Below are positions 10,023 through 22,065 of a DNA stretch of 64,000 nucleotides, piece after piece. Under the pieces are notes generated by a model. That model saw only the letters and a program-made list of their open reading frames with translations, searched no databases and was not told the DNA's origin. The DNA is taken from assembly GCA_010909165.1 (NCBI GenBank), contig MU008160.1, positions 1,364,001-1,428,000 on the forward strand, in the 5' to 3' direction. The stretch comes from Anthoceros angustus. Its lineage: Eukaryota > Plantae > Anthocerotophyta. How positions within the stretch are numbered: position 1 is the first letter of the stretch; each line of letters begins with the position of its first letter. Position numbers and translations under genes: made by a program.

Positions 10023-12933
10023 ATGCTTCCGCTTTCGCTTCCGCGTCCGCTGCTCGTAACAGAACCCGGCGTAGACAAGACAGTGGCTACTTTGCAGAAG
10101 CTTGAGGCCATTGCCCAGTTCCTCAAGCCATACAAGGCACTTTGGGACGCTCATGTGGTAGACTTTTTTCAGGTCTGCGCTTGGTGCTTTCAATGACGAG
10201 TGGGCTCTGAGCTTGTTGGATGAGGTTGAAATCATGTCAGGAGCTTCTGGATTGAAGCTGAAATCGTTGGGGGTTGCCGGCAGGAGAAGCTATGGGAGCT
10301 GGTGGACTGGGACTGGTTGACCACTTTGCGCGATATGGAGATGGAGGAGATGCTGCTTCTCCCGTCTGGATTCCTGCAGGTGGAGCTAGTGGATCATCTT
10401 TTTGCTTTGGAGTGTTAAGGTATCTGGAGAGGTAGATGTAGACTCACAGGATCACTGGTGGGAATTTTCAGGAGTCATGGCCGGCTTCACTGCAGTCATT
10501 CGTGGCAACTTCGCATGCACTTGCTCTTCAGCGAGAACCACGCCTCAGCGGCCAGCTGGTATGGATCATACCTGAACCCATCTTAGCCTGCTTTCTGCAT
10601 GACAAGGATGTTAGTGCACAGATGTTGAATCATTCACATGTGTTGGTCAATCTTGGTGCTTGAACAAATAGCAATTCTTATGACAGGTTTGATGCCCTTC
10701 TTGTGGAGGGAAGGACTTGTTTGTTATCGCAGCTTTTCAGCAGCCGGTTCTCTGACAGGTAGCCCACCTGAGACCGAGACTATATGTCAGGCTCCAGATA
10801 GCTAACCTGCTGAGACTAGAACCGATGTGATGAAATTGCACCTGGCCTGTTCCTGGATGGCTGATCTTATAGCTCCTCGTGGCTCCATGTGCTTATGGCT
10901 CAGTCGTTTTGTTCTCCTTCTCCAGGACCGTGCGAGTGCTTTGCAGGTGGCCCATCTTGGCAGTGTTGTTGCACAGGGAATGAGTTCCAAGAAGCGGCAT
11001 GAGGTAACCATGTACCATAGAATGCATTGAAATCTACTATGCTTGTCAACAGGCAGCTGTGTAGAATAAAGGCTTTCAAACCAGCTCAGGAGACCTAAGT
11101 CTGTACTACTGTTTCTGCAGATAGGACTTCTGGCTGCACTTGTATCAAGCATCGCAGAAGAGGTCAAGGCAACAGATGTCATCGATGTTGGGGCTGGACA
11201 GGTGTGACGAATGACGACTCTCTTCTTCAAGACTGTGTTGTGATCGCACCTACCTTTTACCATATGTTGCTCCGCTGTTGGTGCAGGGCTACCTTGCACA
11301 GGTCTTAGCATTCGACTATCAGCTTCCAGTGGTGGCACTGGATGTCTCCAAACATCATGCCAATGTGACAAATGAGCGGGCTGTGAAAATCAAGAAGCAC
11401 TACGAATCTCGCTTGCGCCTGTGTAGGTCTCTTGTCGCTCTCACTGAGCTTGCTCTTGCAGGTTGAATAATGCAACGCGTCTTCTTCACCAGTTTACCTT
11501 CATCCTCTTTGCAGCTGACAAAGAGTCCGATCAAAAGGTACTAGGACCCCAGACCTACACATGCAGGGTGGCCTCAGGAAGTGCGCCCACCTCCTTGAGC
11601 TGCATGATCCCCATGCTCGACTTCCATAGTCTCTCAGGCTCACCCCATGCATCACAAGCCAAGAAGCAGTCCCGCTCAGTGGTGCTTGCCGGCTTGCATG
11701 CATGTGGAGATCTTTCTGCAAGCATTCTCCGGTAAGTCTGAACAGACAGCATCTAACCGCTGCCGTCTTCGTTCGATGTTCCTGACATGCCCCCGCATGT
11801 GACACAGGGCTTTCTCGGATTGCCACGAGGTGAAGGCCGTCGTATGTGTGGGTTGCTGCTACAATCTTCTGTCCGAAGAAGCTTCAGGCCACCCAGGCTC
11901 TGACTGTGGCTTCCCTCTCAGCAGAGGAGCTAAAAGCTTCGGCTTGCAGCTGCATCGAAATGGAAGAGATCTTGCTTGTCAGGTAGCGTAACCTCCCATC
12001 CAGAGAAACGCTTGTCCTGTGCTTCATCAAAACCGTGACGTCTCCCAACACTAAGCACGCCTGGCGTGTGCTCAGAGCGCAGCAAGATGGAGAGACTGCG
12101 GTACCAGAGCTGCTCGACAAAATTTCGACATACATGCCTTTCGAGCGGCTTTCCAATTGGTGAGTTTCAGATCTTCCTCGTCGTCCAACATTCAGATGTT
12201 AACATCCTCTTCCTTTCCGTAAACTCACGCACAGGCATCCGTTTTGTTCAGATCCTTCATCGTTTCTATCCAAACATCGCCACAGCCAGCCCCAGCGTTG
12301 GCCGCTTAGGGAAAGCACAACGCCGGAGGCAAGCACGGAGGGACGCGGAATCCTCTACCATAGAAAATCCATCTTCCAAGTAAGCGTGAATTGTGCATTG
12401 TCACATCAGCTCAAACCGTCCCTACCTCCGCTGTTCTCTCTCACCTCTGTGCTCTCCTCCAGCTCCTCATCACGAGAGGAAGGAGGAAATCGTCCACTCA
12501 CGAAGCAAGCCAAGGAACCTTGTGTTCCCAGCCGCAGAGATGCGTTCGAAGAGTATACGAATGAGGCACTGACGCGCATGGGACTTGCTCCGGTGCCGCA
12601 CCAACTGGTGCAAGACATTTGGCGCGAAATTGAGCCGCACCTGGTACATACTACCAGGCTTGTCGTCCTCAGTATTTTCACATCTGCCAATCCTCCCATT
12701 CCCAGGAGTCTGACCGGAACCGAGGTGTTGCTTTGCAGGATTTGATAGGTCCGTTTTGGACGCTGCGCGCGGTGCTGGCCCCGGCGCTGGAGACGTTCAT
12801 CCTTTTGGACCGGCTTCTGTTTCTGGAAGAGTTGGAGGCGAAGTCGTCCATCGAGCACTCGCCAAGGCTGGTGCCTCTCTTCGACCCCGCTATTTCGCCT
12901 CGGAATGTAGCTATTGTTGCCGTCAGAAAATAA
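10023..12933 (+). CDS. METTL25B: Methyltransferase-like protein 25B (RRNAD1, Methyltransf_32), multi-exon
   Basis: Exons encode FLKPYKALWDAHVVDFF, VIDVGAGQ|GYLAQVL (SAM motif I), VVLAGLHACGDLS, and C-terminal LETFILLDRLLFL...LVPLFDPAISPRNVAIVA. Start codon tentative. Confidence 0.85.
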
Positions 12934-13489
12934 TTGGAATGCCTTTGCCTTGCATGCCAGAAGGGAAGAGCTTCGGGAATTGGTTAGGTCATAATAATGC
13001 ATGCACGGAAGTAACAATAGCTTTTAAGTGTGCTTGTTACTGCCGGTTCACTTAGGCCCGTTTTTCATTTACCGGCGGTGGCAGTGCCACCACGGCATGT
13101 CAGGCCCGGCACGAGGTTGATATTCTTGGCGGTGGACGTGGCGCCATTGCACACCGGCGGGCACGACCGCCCGTTGCACACAGGCTTGTTCCTAGAAATT
13201 GGATGATATTAGGTTTAAAAATATAAACCTTCCCTTCCCTTGCCTTGTGGAGATAAAAAGGGCCATCTCACTCTCCTCCCCACTTGTTCTACCATCTCCC
13301 ATCTTGCCCTATCTCTACCCCTCTCCTACATTAAATATATTTCATTATGCCTATACCATAGTAAGAGATTTCTTATCATGGACGAGGTACAGCATTATAT
13401 TTTTTTGTTCATTTTTATTTTATTTTTTAACTTTTATGTAATTATTTATAACTGTACCGTATACATGAGGATTTATGGTCCGTTACATA

Positions 13490-14678
13490 ACATGGGGTGG
13501 CAGCTTACATTGCTCTTGAAGTTGCAAGCAACACATATCAACAAGGCCCCTTAATGCGAGTTGCTCTACTCTTGCTTGCCATTGCCAAGAAAAAAAACGT
13601 AAGTTTGTATGGACTGTGCAGAGAGGCATCAAGGCTACATCGAGCAACAACTTATGGTGTCTTTCTCCGATAAAATGTTTAGGCAACGGCTCCGAGTATT
13701 CCGAGGCACTTTTCAATATTTATGTGGGGAAGTCAGTCCAACACTTCTAACATTCAACACCCAATTGCGGAAAGCTTTTTCTATTGAAGTGAAGGTGGCA
13801 ATGGCACCGTGTTGACAAGCCTCTGGCGATAAGCTGCAAACTGTTGGTGACCTTTTTGGCTACGGAACATCAACAGCGGGTATGTGTGTGCATGCTTTCT
13901 ATAATGCCTTTGTGGAGAAGGTGCACAAGGTGTACACTTGTTGGCCAAGGGAGGAAAAGATGCATAATTATGCATAGGAATTTGAGGCAATTCAAGGTAT
14001 TCCATATATTGTAGGTGCAGTGGATGGCTCACATATTCCTATACTTGGTCCAACCATGCGAAGGCGGATTACTATAATTGGAAGGGTTTTTACTCTCAAC
14101 TCTTACAACTAACGGTCACCTCAAAGTGTTTGGTGTGAGACTATGACTTTGGATGGCCAGGCATTTTAAACGATTGGAACCTTCATAAGAGCATAGGACT
14201 TGGCTGGAAATGTGAGGGGGGAATGTTGGGATATTATAGCCTTGTTAGAGATGCGTATATTATTGCTGGGTACTGGCCACGTCTAGACGTGCTTACCCTT
14301 TTTCGAGGATCACGAGAGGGTTTATCTCCTTTGCAATCTTATTGGAATTATGTACATAGTAGCACCCGCACGGCCGTTGAACGAGCATTTGGGATATTGA
14401 AGGCATGTTGGAGATGTCTATTGAAGAGGTTAGACATCAACATTTCTAACATACCAAGGGTTGTGCAGACATTACTTTTGTTGCATAACATTTGTATAAT
14501 TCACAAGGACAAGTTTGATGAGAAATGGCTGGTGAAGGCTACTCGACAATGTCAACAAGACACGAGGAATCATGCAACACAACATGACAGTGTATGGAGG
14601 CAAGCCTCTCTTGTTACTAGAGCAAGCATGGCCTTACTACGTAGGGTGCATACAAATACTCCTACATCAAATATGTGA
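13490..14678 (+). mobile_element. PIF/Harbinger (HARBI1-like, DDE_Tnp_4) transposase pseudogene
   Basis: FRQRLRVFRGTFQYLC, GDLFG.G.ST, FEAIQGIPYIVGAVDGSHIPI, YYNWKGFYS, GWPG..ND, YWNYVHSSTRTAVERAFGILKACWRCL and LHNICI, interrupted by stops and frameshifts. Confidence 0.9.
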
Positions 14679-14965
14679 GAAAGACAAAATTCAAGCTCTA
14701 ACTGTTGTTCATAAGAACAACAGTTAGAGTGCGATAGAGCAGGTTTTCGCGAAGGCATGACACGTCCCCACTCTATATCTATTGCCATATATGCAGGACG
14801 AAACTAACCCCTTGTGACCTCCATGTTAGATGAAACCGCTTGCGGAGTGAGTACGTGTGGAAGACCACATGTACACTAACCCTCCCCTGGACTGTTGGTT
14901 TGAATGTTTTTTTTTTGTTTTTCTTATGTTTTGTGTGATGGAGTGCTTGGGAAATGTCCGAGGCA

Positions 14966-16806
14966 AGGCCTTTTATACTAAAAATGGTCCTTGGCGCATG
15001 ACAATATTACCTTTACAAATAATTAGTCCTTGGACCTCGAACCTATGAATGTCAGGCCAGGCTAGAAGGTCCTTGGACCTTGGGATTTTTAGGAATAAAA
15101 GTTGTCTATATAAGGTGGAGGATCCTTTATTCAGCAACAGGTGCCCAGGAACAAGTGGAGACGCTGGCACCTCTGGAGAAGTTCAAGGAGCTAGCGGAGA
15201 GGTATAAGCGGAAGAGAGATGAGGTTAGGGCCAGGGTCAAGAGAAAGACGGGCAGGCCGAAGAAGGGCAGAGCGTCAGCCACCGCGGTGGTTGAAACAGC
15301 CACCGTTGGGGAAGCAGCCACCACGGTGGTGGAGACGGCCACCGTCGTGGAAGAGGGACCCGAGGAGGGGGAAGCCACCGTCAAGAGCGCTGCAGGAGGG
15401 GATGCAACTCCCTCGGATTTCAGGAAGCAGCCAGCCCAGGATTGTCCACGGGAGGAGGGGGTAAGGACCTCTTTAGCAGAAGGGCGTATTGTGCTGCGGT
15501 GTCTGGATGAGGATGCTCATGTCCTTGGCTTCTGCCTGCATGGTGAGCGGGTGCTCACTCTAAATGTGTATGTGCTTGTTGGGACGGAGGAGGCGTAAAC
15601 CATCGGCGCACATCCTATCACCGGTTCCTTGACGGGAGCCGGGCATATCCTTCACAAAGTTGTGCTCGAGGAAATGAGTGAGGCGGAGGCTAGAGCGTGG
15701 ATGGAGGAACGCTTGTTTGGTTGTCCGATGATGAGGAGCGAGAAGCGTGCAGGGTAGTAGGCGACGGCGCCTCCTAGGAGGAGTGAAGGGACCTCGGATA
15801 GCGGAGTGAGGTGGAGATATTAAGGGAGGATCTTCCGGATCGAGGCGTAGTAGGAGGCGAGGGAACACCCATGGGCCGTGGGGCTAGGCGGTGAGGCGGA
15901 GGCCTTTATACTAAAATGGTCCTTGGCGCATGACAATATTACCTTTACAAATAATTAGTCCTTGGACCTCGAACCTATGAATGTCAGGCCAGGCTAGAAG
16001 GTCCTTGGACCTTGGGATTTTTAGGAATAAAAGTTGTCTATATAAGGTGGAGGATCCTTTATTCAGCAACAGGTGCCCAGGAACAAGTGGAGACGCTGGC
16101 ACCTCTGGAGAAGTTCAAGGAGCTAGCGGAGAGGTATAAGCGGAAGAGAGATGAGGTTAGGGCCAGGGTCAAGAGAAAGACGGGCAGTCAAGAAGGGCAA
16201 GAAGGGCGAGCGTCACCACCGGTGGTTGAAACACCACCGTTGGGAAGCCACCACGGTGGAGACGGCCACCGTCGTGGAAGAGGGACCCGAGGAGGGGAAG
16301 CCACCGTCAAGAGCGCTGCAGAGGGATGCAACTCCCTCGGATTTCGAAGCACCTGTGGATTGTCCACGGAGGAGGGGTAAGGACCTCTTTAGCGAAGGGC
16401 GACAGTCATGTGTCTGGATGAGGATGCTCATGTCCTTGGCTTCTGCCTGCATGGTGAGCGGGTGCTCACTCTAAATGTGTATGTGCTTGTTGGGACAGGA
16501 GGAGGCAGAAACTACTGGCTGCACATCCTATCACTGGTTCCTTCGAACGGGAGCCGGGGCATATCCTTCACAGGTTGTGCTCGAGGAAATGAGTGAGGCG
16601 GAGGCTAGAGCGTGGATGGAGGAACGCACTGTTTGGTTGTCCAGTGATGAGGAGCGAGGAAACGTGCGCAGGGGTAGTAGACGAACGGCGCCTCCTAGGA
16701 GGAGTGAAGGGACCTCGGATAGCGGGAGTGAGGTGGAGATATTAAGGGAGGATCTTCCGGATCAGAGGCGTAGTAGGAGAGCGAGGGGAACACCCATGGG
16801 CCGTGG
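14966..16806 (+). repeat. ~0.93-kb direct tandem duplication (14966-15899 / 15900-~16806) carrying fragments of a spliced Lys/Glu/Thr-rich ORF of unknown, probably TE, origin
   Basis: The first ~270 bp of the two copies are almost identical (identical ORFs 14973..15170 and 15911..16102); the remainder differs by many small indels. Confidence 0.9.
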
Positions 16807-17368
16807 TCAAGAGAAAGGCAGGCGGGCGCTGATTTTAGAGGGGGGCGGCATCATAGGTCAGGGGCTTTCACTCGGATTAGGGGATAAGGCGTTAGGAAAG
16901 CCTGTAGAGCTGTAGTTACCTGAATTGGTAGGTGCACTCTTGGTGGGTTAGCCATTTTTTTAGACACTGGGGAAAAATGAGTTGTGGCGTTTCGCAGCTA
17001 GATGCACAAGAGACCTTTTCGCGTCTCTCTTGTTAGACAATTTCAGGTGTGAGCTCCCGTGTGTCGAATCTGCGCGCGAGGTTGATTGGAGACGTCTGAT
17101 CAATAACGGACTAATTCGGTGTGCTGCCTTCTCGTCACAAGAGGGCCGGGGAGATTCCTAGGTGAGCTGCCACACGTAGAGCAAGTAGCACACCATGAGT
17201 GACCAAGCTCCACTTCTGGGGCGATTAACGGTGAGGGGCGCTCTACGCATGCCGGAAGGGGAAGATTTCTGCAGGGGACAGGGGTGAGATCGCGGTTGTG
17301 CGAATCGCCTGTTTTCTTTCTTTACTTCCCAACCCGCTGTCTAACCAGATTGTGTCTAATTCCAAGGT

Positions 17369-17640
17369 GAGGTCTGTGTGGCCAGGGAGGGGTCTGTGTG
17401 GCCCCAGGAGTGGGTCTATGTGGCCTGAGGAGAGGGTCTGTGTGGCCTGAGAGAGAGGGTCTGTGTGGCCTGTGAGAGAGGGTCTGTGTGGCCTGAGGAG
17501 AGGGTCTGTGTGGCCTGAGAGAGAGGGTCTGTGTGGCCTGTGAGAGAGGGTCTGTGTGGCCTGAGGAGAGGGTCTGTGTGGCCTGAGAGAGAGGGTCTGT
17601 GTGGCCTGTGAGAGAGGGTCTGTGTGGCCTGAGAGAGAGG
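17369..17640. repeat. Minisatellite, about 12 units of 20-22 bp (GAGAGGGTCTGTGTGGCCTG)
   Basis: Direct inspection; no spacers between units. Confidence 0.95.
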
Positions 17641-19368
17641 AATTGGTGAGAACATTTTGCGCGTGGTGGTGTCTGAGGGTCTTGGAAGAAAATGGGTGAG
17701 TGAGACGCTGTATGAAGTGGAGTCTGGATGAATAGGAAGTGGTGGGTGTGAGAATCTGGAGAACGCGGAACGCTGAGAAAGGGTGAGGGTAAATTGTGGA
17801 GTCAGAGGGAATCAGTGACAGAGTGAGACGCCGCGGCGTGGGTGGCCATGATATGCAACTCTAGTGAGCTCTCTGGGTGTGAATACACATGAGTGTGACT
17901 TGGAGTACATGCGAATCTGTGCGTGTGGGGCCATAACCCTTAGTGGCCGTGCCAGAAGAACCTGGTGCCAAATAGTCGATCGCGACGCGCGCGCGCACTG
18001 AACGGGTGGGTCCCGCCACAGTGGTTGAATCAGCCACTACGGTGGCTGAGCCCACCACGGCGGTGGCCGAACTTACCACGGTGGTGGGTTCGGGCATGGT
18101 AGTTGATTATGGCTGGGTAGAAACTGAGTGTAGGAGGACTAGAATCCCTAGTTTTGGAACATCTTGATACAAAACCATTCCCTTGGGATCGAATCCTAGG
18201 ACTATAACGACATAGAGGATAAATGTGGCCTCCTTGTGTCTCTAGACACAAAATTTCACTCCATAGTAGGCATAGAGGAGTATTGAGTGGAGTGTATTTG
18301 AGTATTGTCACTCTTGATTTCAAACATTACATATTAAAAAAAAGAAAATTCAAAGACCCGGTTCCCTACCATCGACTGCAGCTGTAACAATAGCAACTAG
18401 GTTTTCTAGAAGACTAGCTAATATTCTTCTCCTATGTAGTCTTCATATCTTGAGACATTTGTTGTATTACAGCAATGGATAGAGTGATTTTCATCACCTA
18501 GGCTTGCAACCTTCTTCCCTTTCCTACCTTAGTGCTTTTAGATACCTTCTCTAGTGTGTCAACATTGGACTTTAGAGTCTTCTCCATTGACTCCATACTG
18601 TGATGTGAGTCAGCATGAGCCTCACATACCACATGGGCCATGTGCCACAAGAATTGATCAACAAGGTCATACCGTGCACAACATTGAGACCTAGCACTAC
18701 CTTTATACCAAATTTGCTACCTTGTCTATCTTGTATTAGTTGTAGATTGATTTCCAAGCCTCGGCAAATTTGGCAAAGTCTGTACAAACCATGGCCACCT
18801 TATTCACGTCATGTTCGCTATGAACTTCATATATAGCATAATTATTTATCATTATTTTAAAATTATTATTACAGAATATGATTAATTAAAGAGGTAAAAA
18901 TATATTAAATATATATCTATTTTCTAAAAAGTTCTTAATTACCATTTATTATTTAATCCTTTACACATTCAAGGGAGGGCTTAGCTCCCAATTACAAAGG
19001 TTTCCCATTTAAGGAGATGCGAATTAGGGAGGGTGAAGCGGACCTACGGCCTGCTGCTGCAAGGCAGGTCTATGGTGGTGTGGACTGTACGGACATGTGT
19101 TGTGCTGCCGAGACACATGCAGTAATGTACAGATGGATGTGGGTTCGTGTAAGATGAAATGAGACGCGGTTGTTTCTTCGGGTAGAAATGCTACACGTGA
19201 GGGCGAAGTAAGTTATAGTCTTTACCGTGGTCAAGGGTGTGACCAGGGTCAAGGGAGCAGGAAACCAGGGTCACGGGTGTCTGTGTGTGTGTGTGTGCGC
19301 GTGTTTGCGCTGGACATGCAATTTGGATTTGAAGCTAGGCGAGAAATTCGGTGCAGGAACCATTGGCC

Positions 19369-21459
19369 ATGAGTTTGGATGGCATTGAAGTGGGGGCAGA
19401 AAAAGACATGAGGGAAGAAGAAGGAGAAGGAGAAGGAGGAGGAGGATTAGGAGGAGGAGAAGCAGGATGTGAAGAGGCGGGAGCGAGCGTGGTCCAGGAT
19501 TACGCAGCAGACGCCCGCAATGCCGAAGCACCAGAGGCTCCTGTTCGAGTGAAGCGGGTGACATGGGGGGAGGCCCAGACCTGGATGTTGGAGGACGATC
19601 GGGGACTTCTGTCGGAGTCGGGTGACGAAGCAGGGGAAGGCAAGGCTGAGTGGGACAGTCCCCGTGGCCACGGTGCTCGTTCCAGCTGGGAGGACGGGTG
19701 GAAGGAAGAAGGGCTGAAGCCACCATGGTTTGTGGCCCCGGTCTTGGTATGCGCGGTGCTGGCTATCTCGTCTGCGGGTGCCGTATGTGTCTCAACCCTG
19801 TGCGACGGCTCTTAAAATTTGTGGGTGCTGGAATCGTGGGGGATTGTGGATGTGGGTCGTTGATGTGCGTGAAATTGAATTTGGGGCAGGTGATGAAGAG
19901 TATGGGTGGAGCTGCTCCGGTAACGAGAGCAGGTTGGCGGGTGCAACTTACTGCTGTCATCCTGCTGCCTGGATTCGTTTGGCAGTGGTGGCGGATGCGG
20001 GAAATAGAGAAGCAACGGTTTCTTCATAAGGCCACTTTGTCTGTATTGGTGGTGGATGGGCTGTCCATCGCTTGCCATTTCGGTTTGTGGGTGCGTCTTG
20101 CGCTTCGTCATGAAACACCTGGCTTCACTTTTCGTACTAGTCCGTGCTCGGGTGGTTCATTGAATGTGTGTATGGATGATGAGCTTTTCTAGGTGGAGTC
20201 TAACGCGATTGGTTGTGCATTCGCTGTGAATGAAGGTTTGGTCCTTGGATCACACCTCGTTGCCACACAGTCTGCTCTTGGTAACCATGCCTCCGGTCAT
20301 TCTAGCAGCCGTCATGTGGTTACAATGCCAGCCGTTGTCGAAAGGAGAAGTAGGTGGAGTTGCTCTGGGTGTCCTTGGAGTAGTTATAATAGTATTTGCG
20401 TCGAGCGTACAAGGTGACCAAGAGGTCACAATTATGGGGGATGTCGCCTCATTTCTTGCGGCTGCAGCTTTTGCCCTTCATCTGTCTGCTGGACGTCATC
20501 TTCGAGGTGATCCCAGATTTGCAAACCCGGAATTTTCGGAGGCCTTCTTGAGGACAAGGAGGACCAGGAAGCCGGTAGGAAAGAACACAACAAGCGTGCT
20601 AATTGAATGCGTTTGGGCATGTGCCAGGATGGATGCCACTGTATCTCTACAGCTTTCCTATTACAGCTTTAGCTGCTGTCTTCCTTGCTCTAGCTGGCGG
20701 ACTTATTGAAGGCTGGAGCCACGCTGAGTCCGGACTCGTTAGTGGTCCTTTCAACTGGCTTCAGCAAGGTATCTGATGCGATCTTTAATCCTAAACTGCA
20801 TGTAGTCACAGTCTGGTCGAGCGATCCTGAACCTTGCCTTGTTGTCACAGAATTCTTGCTCCCGGTTGTCTACCTGGCTCTTGGACCTGGATTTGTGGGT
20901 CACACCGGCGTGAATGCTGTTCTACGGTACTCTTCTCAAGTAGTGGTGGCAATGGCTATCACAATGGAGCCAGTGCTTGGGTCCTTGATTGGTTGGGCCC
21001 TTCAGCAAACTCCTCAGCCAGGGTATCTCTCTTCAAGCACGCATGGGGTCGGTGAGGAAAGTAGAATGCTCGCGTGTTTTCAATCATTCCTGATCAAGTA
21101 GTTCCATCTTGCAGGCCCTGGACTTGTCTTGGAGGTGCAGTGATTCTGGTAGGAACGGTATTGGTGAACTATGCGAGTGAAAAGCGTAAGGTGCAACAAA
21201 TAACTGGAAAACAGATTGTGTGTAGTCTCTTGTCCCCCATTTCCTCCTGTGGAGTACTTTAAAGGCCCATGGACCCATTTGCAGCTTGCACAGGGGTTCT
21301 AGGAATCTAAGTTTCTGGAAGTATGTGCAGGGGGACACGGAACTGAACCACTTCTCTATTGAGGAGGAGGATGTTGAGGGTGGTGCGGAACAGTGGAAGG
21401 AGTTCGGTGATCAAGGTGCCGAACAACGAAAGAGTTTGCTGTCATCTTCTAGAGAATGA
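19369..21459 (+). CDS. EamA/DMT-family transporter with a long acidic N-terminal region, multi-exon
   Basis: Exons encode AVLAISSAGAV|, HFGLW|VWSLDHTSLPHSLLLVTMPPVI, GDVASFLAAAAFA, YLALGPGFVGHTGVNAVLRY...VAMAITMEPVLGSLIGW and GGAVILVG, the two-repeat EamA topology. Acidic last exon ends at TGA 21457-21459. Confidence 0.82.
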
Positions 21460-22065
21460 CGACATCTTGTAGACATACGAGGGGCTTCCTTCTTGGTTCT
21501 CATACCCCAAGGTGTAGGCCCTCGCCTCTCTCATTACTTCTGGTCAGTCTTCCACTTTTCCTTGGTTGAACCTGAGTGTTGGATTGTAGAGCTCTGGCAG
21601 AGCGTTGCAATGAGCCAATCCGAGTGCTGGATTTGGAGAGCTCTGTTGCGTAGGTGGAACGGTGAATCTCACTGTCGCATGTGAAGAGGTATGAGCTCGG
21701 AGAGTCACGATGGCCGACTGCCATGCAAAGTGTAGAAGGGAGTTGCTCTGTCTTTCGATTCGACTCTTTATCTGATCTGTATAGACATGAATGGCCAGCA
21801 GCCGAACCCAAGCAGGGTTCGGCTGCTGGCCTCGCTCATGGCTGTCATCCAGCCAATAAAATTGTCGGAAATTTTCAAATAGTCGTTGCGAGAGCAGGAA
21901 TGGAACGGACGTGCGCAGACTTCACAGGGAAATGACCTCTTGACAGAAGGAATTCGTCTCAATGAGGTCCGTAGGCGTGTATCGTACATCCCGCTCACTA
22001 GGCTAGGACTCAAGAAGGCAAACAGATTCGATAGCACTTGAGGCCCTCAACCTCAATGCTGCGGT

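Noticed and set aside
17369-17640. Tandem arrays here and at 42290, 54729 and 62940 as CRISPR arrays
   Set aside because: Head-to-tail units with no unique spacers, no cas genes, and a eukaryotic intron-containing context.
19545-19640. Resemblance of EamA leader (WGEAQTWMLE) to the repeat ORF at ~16590-16650 (SEAEARAWMEE)
   Set aside because: Short low-complexity match, and the 19.4-kb segment is explained as EamA exon 1.
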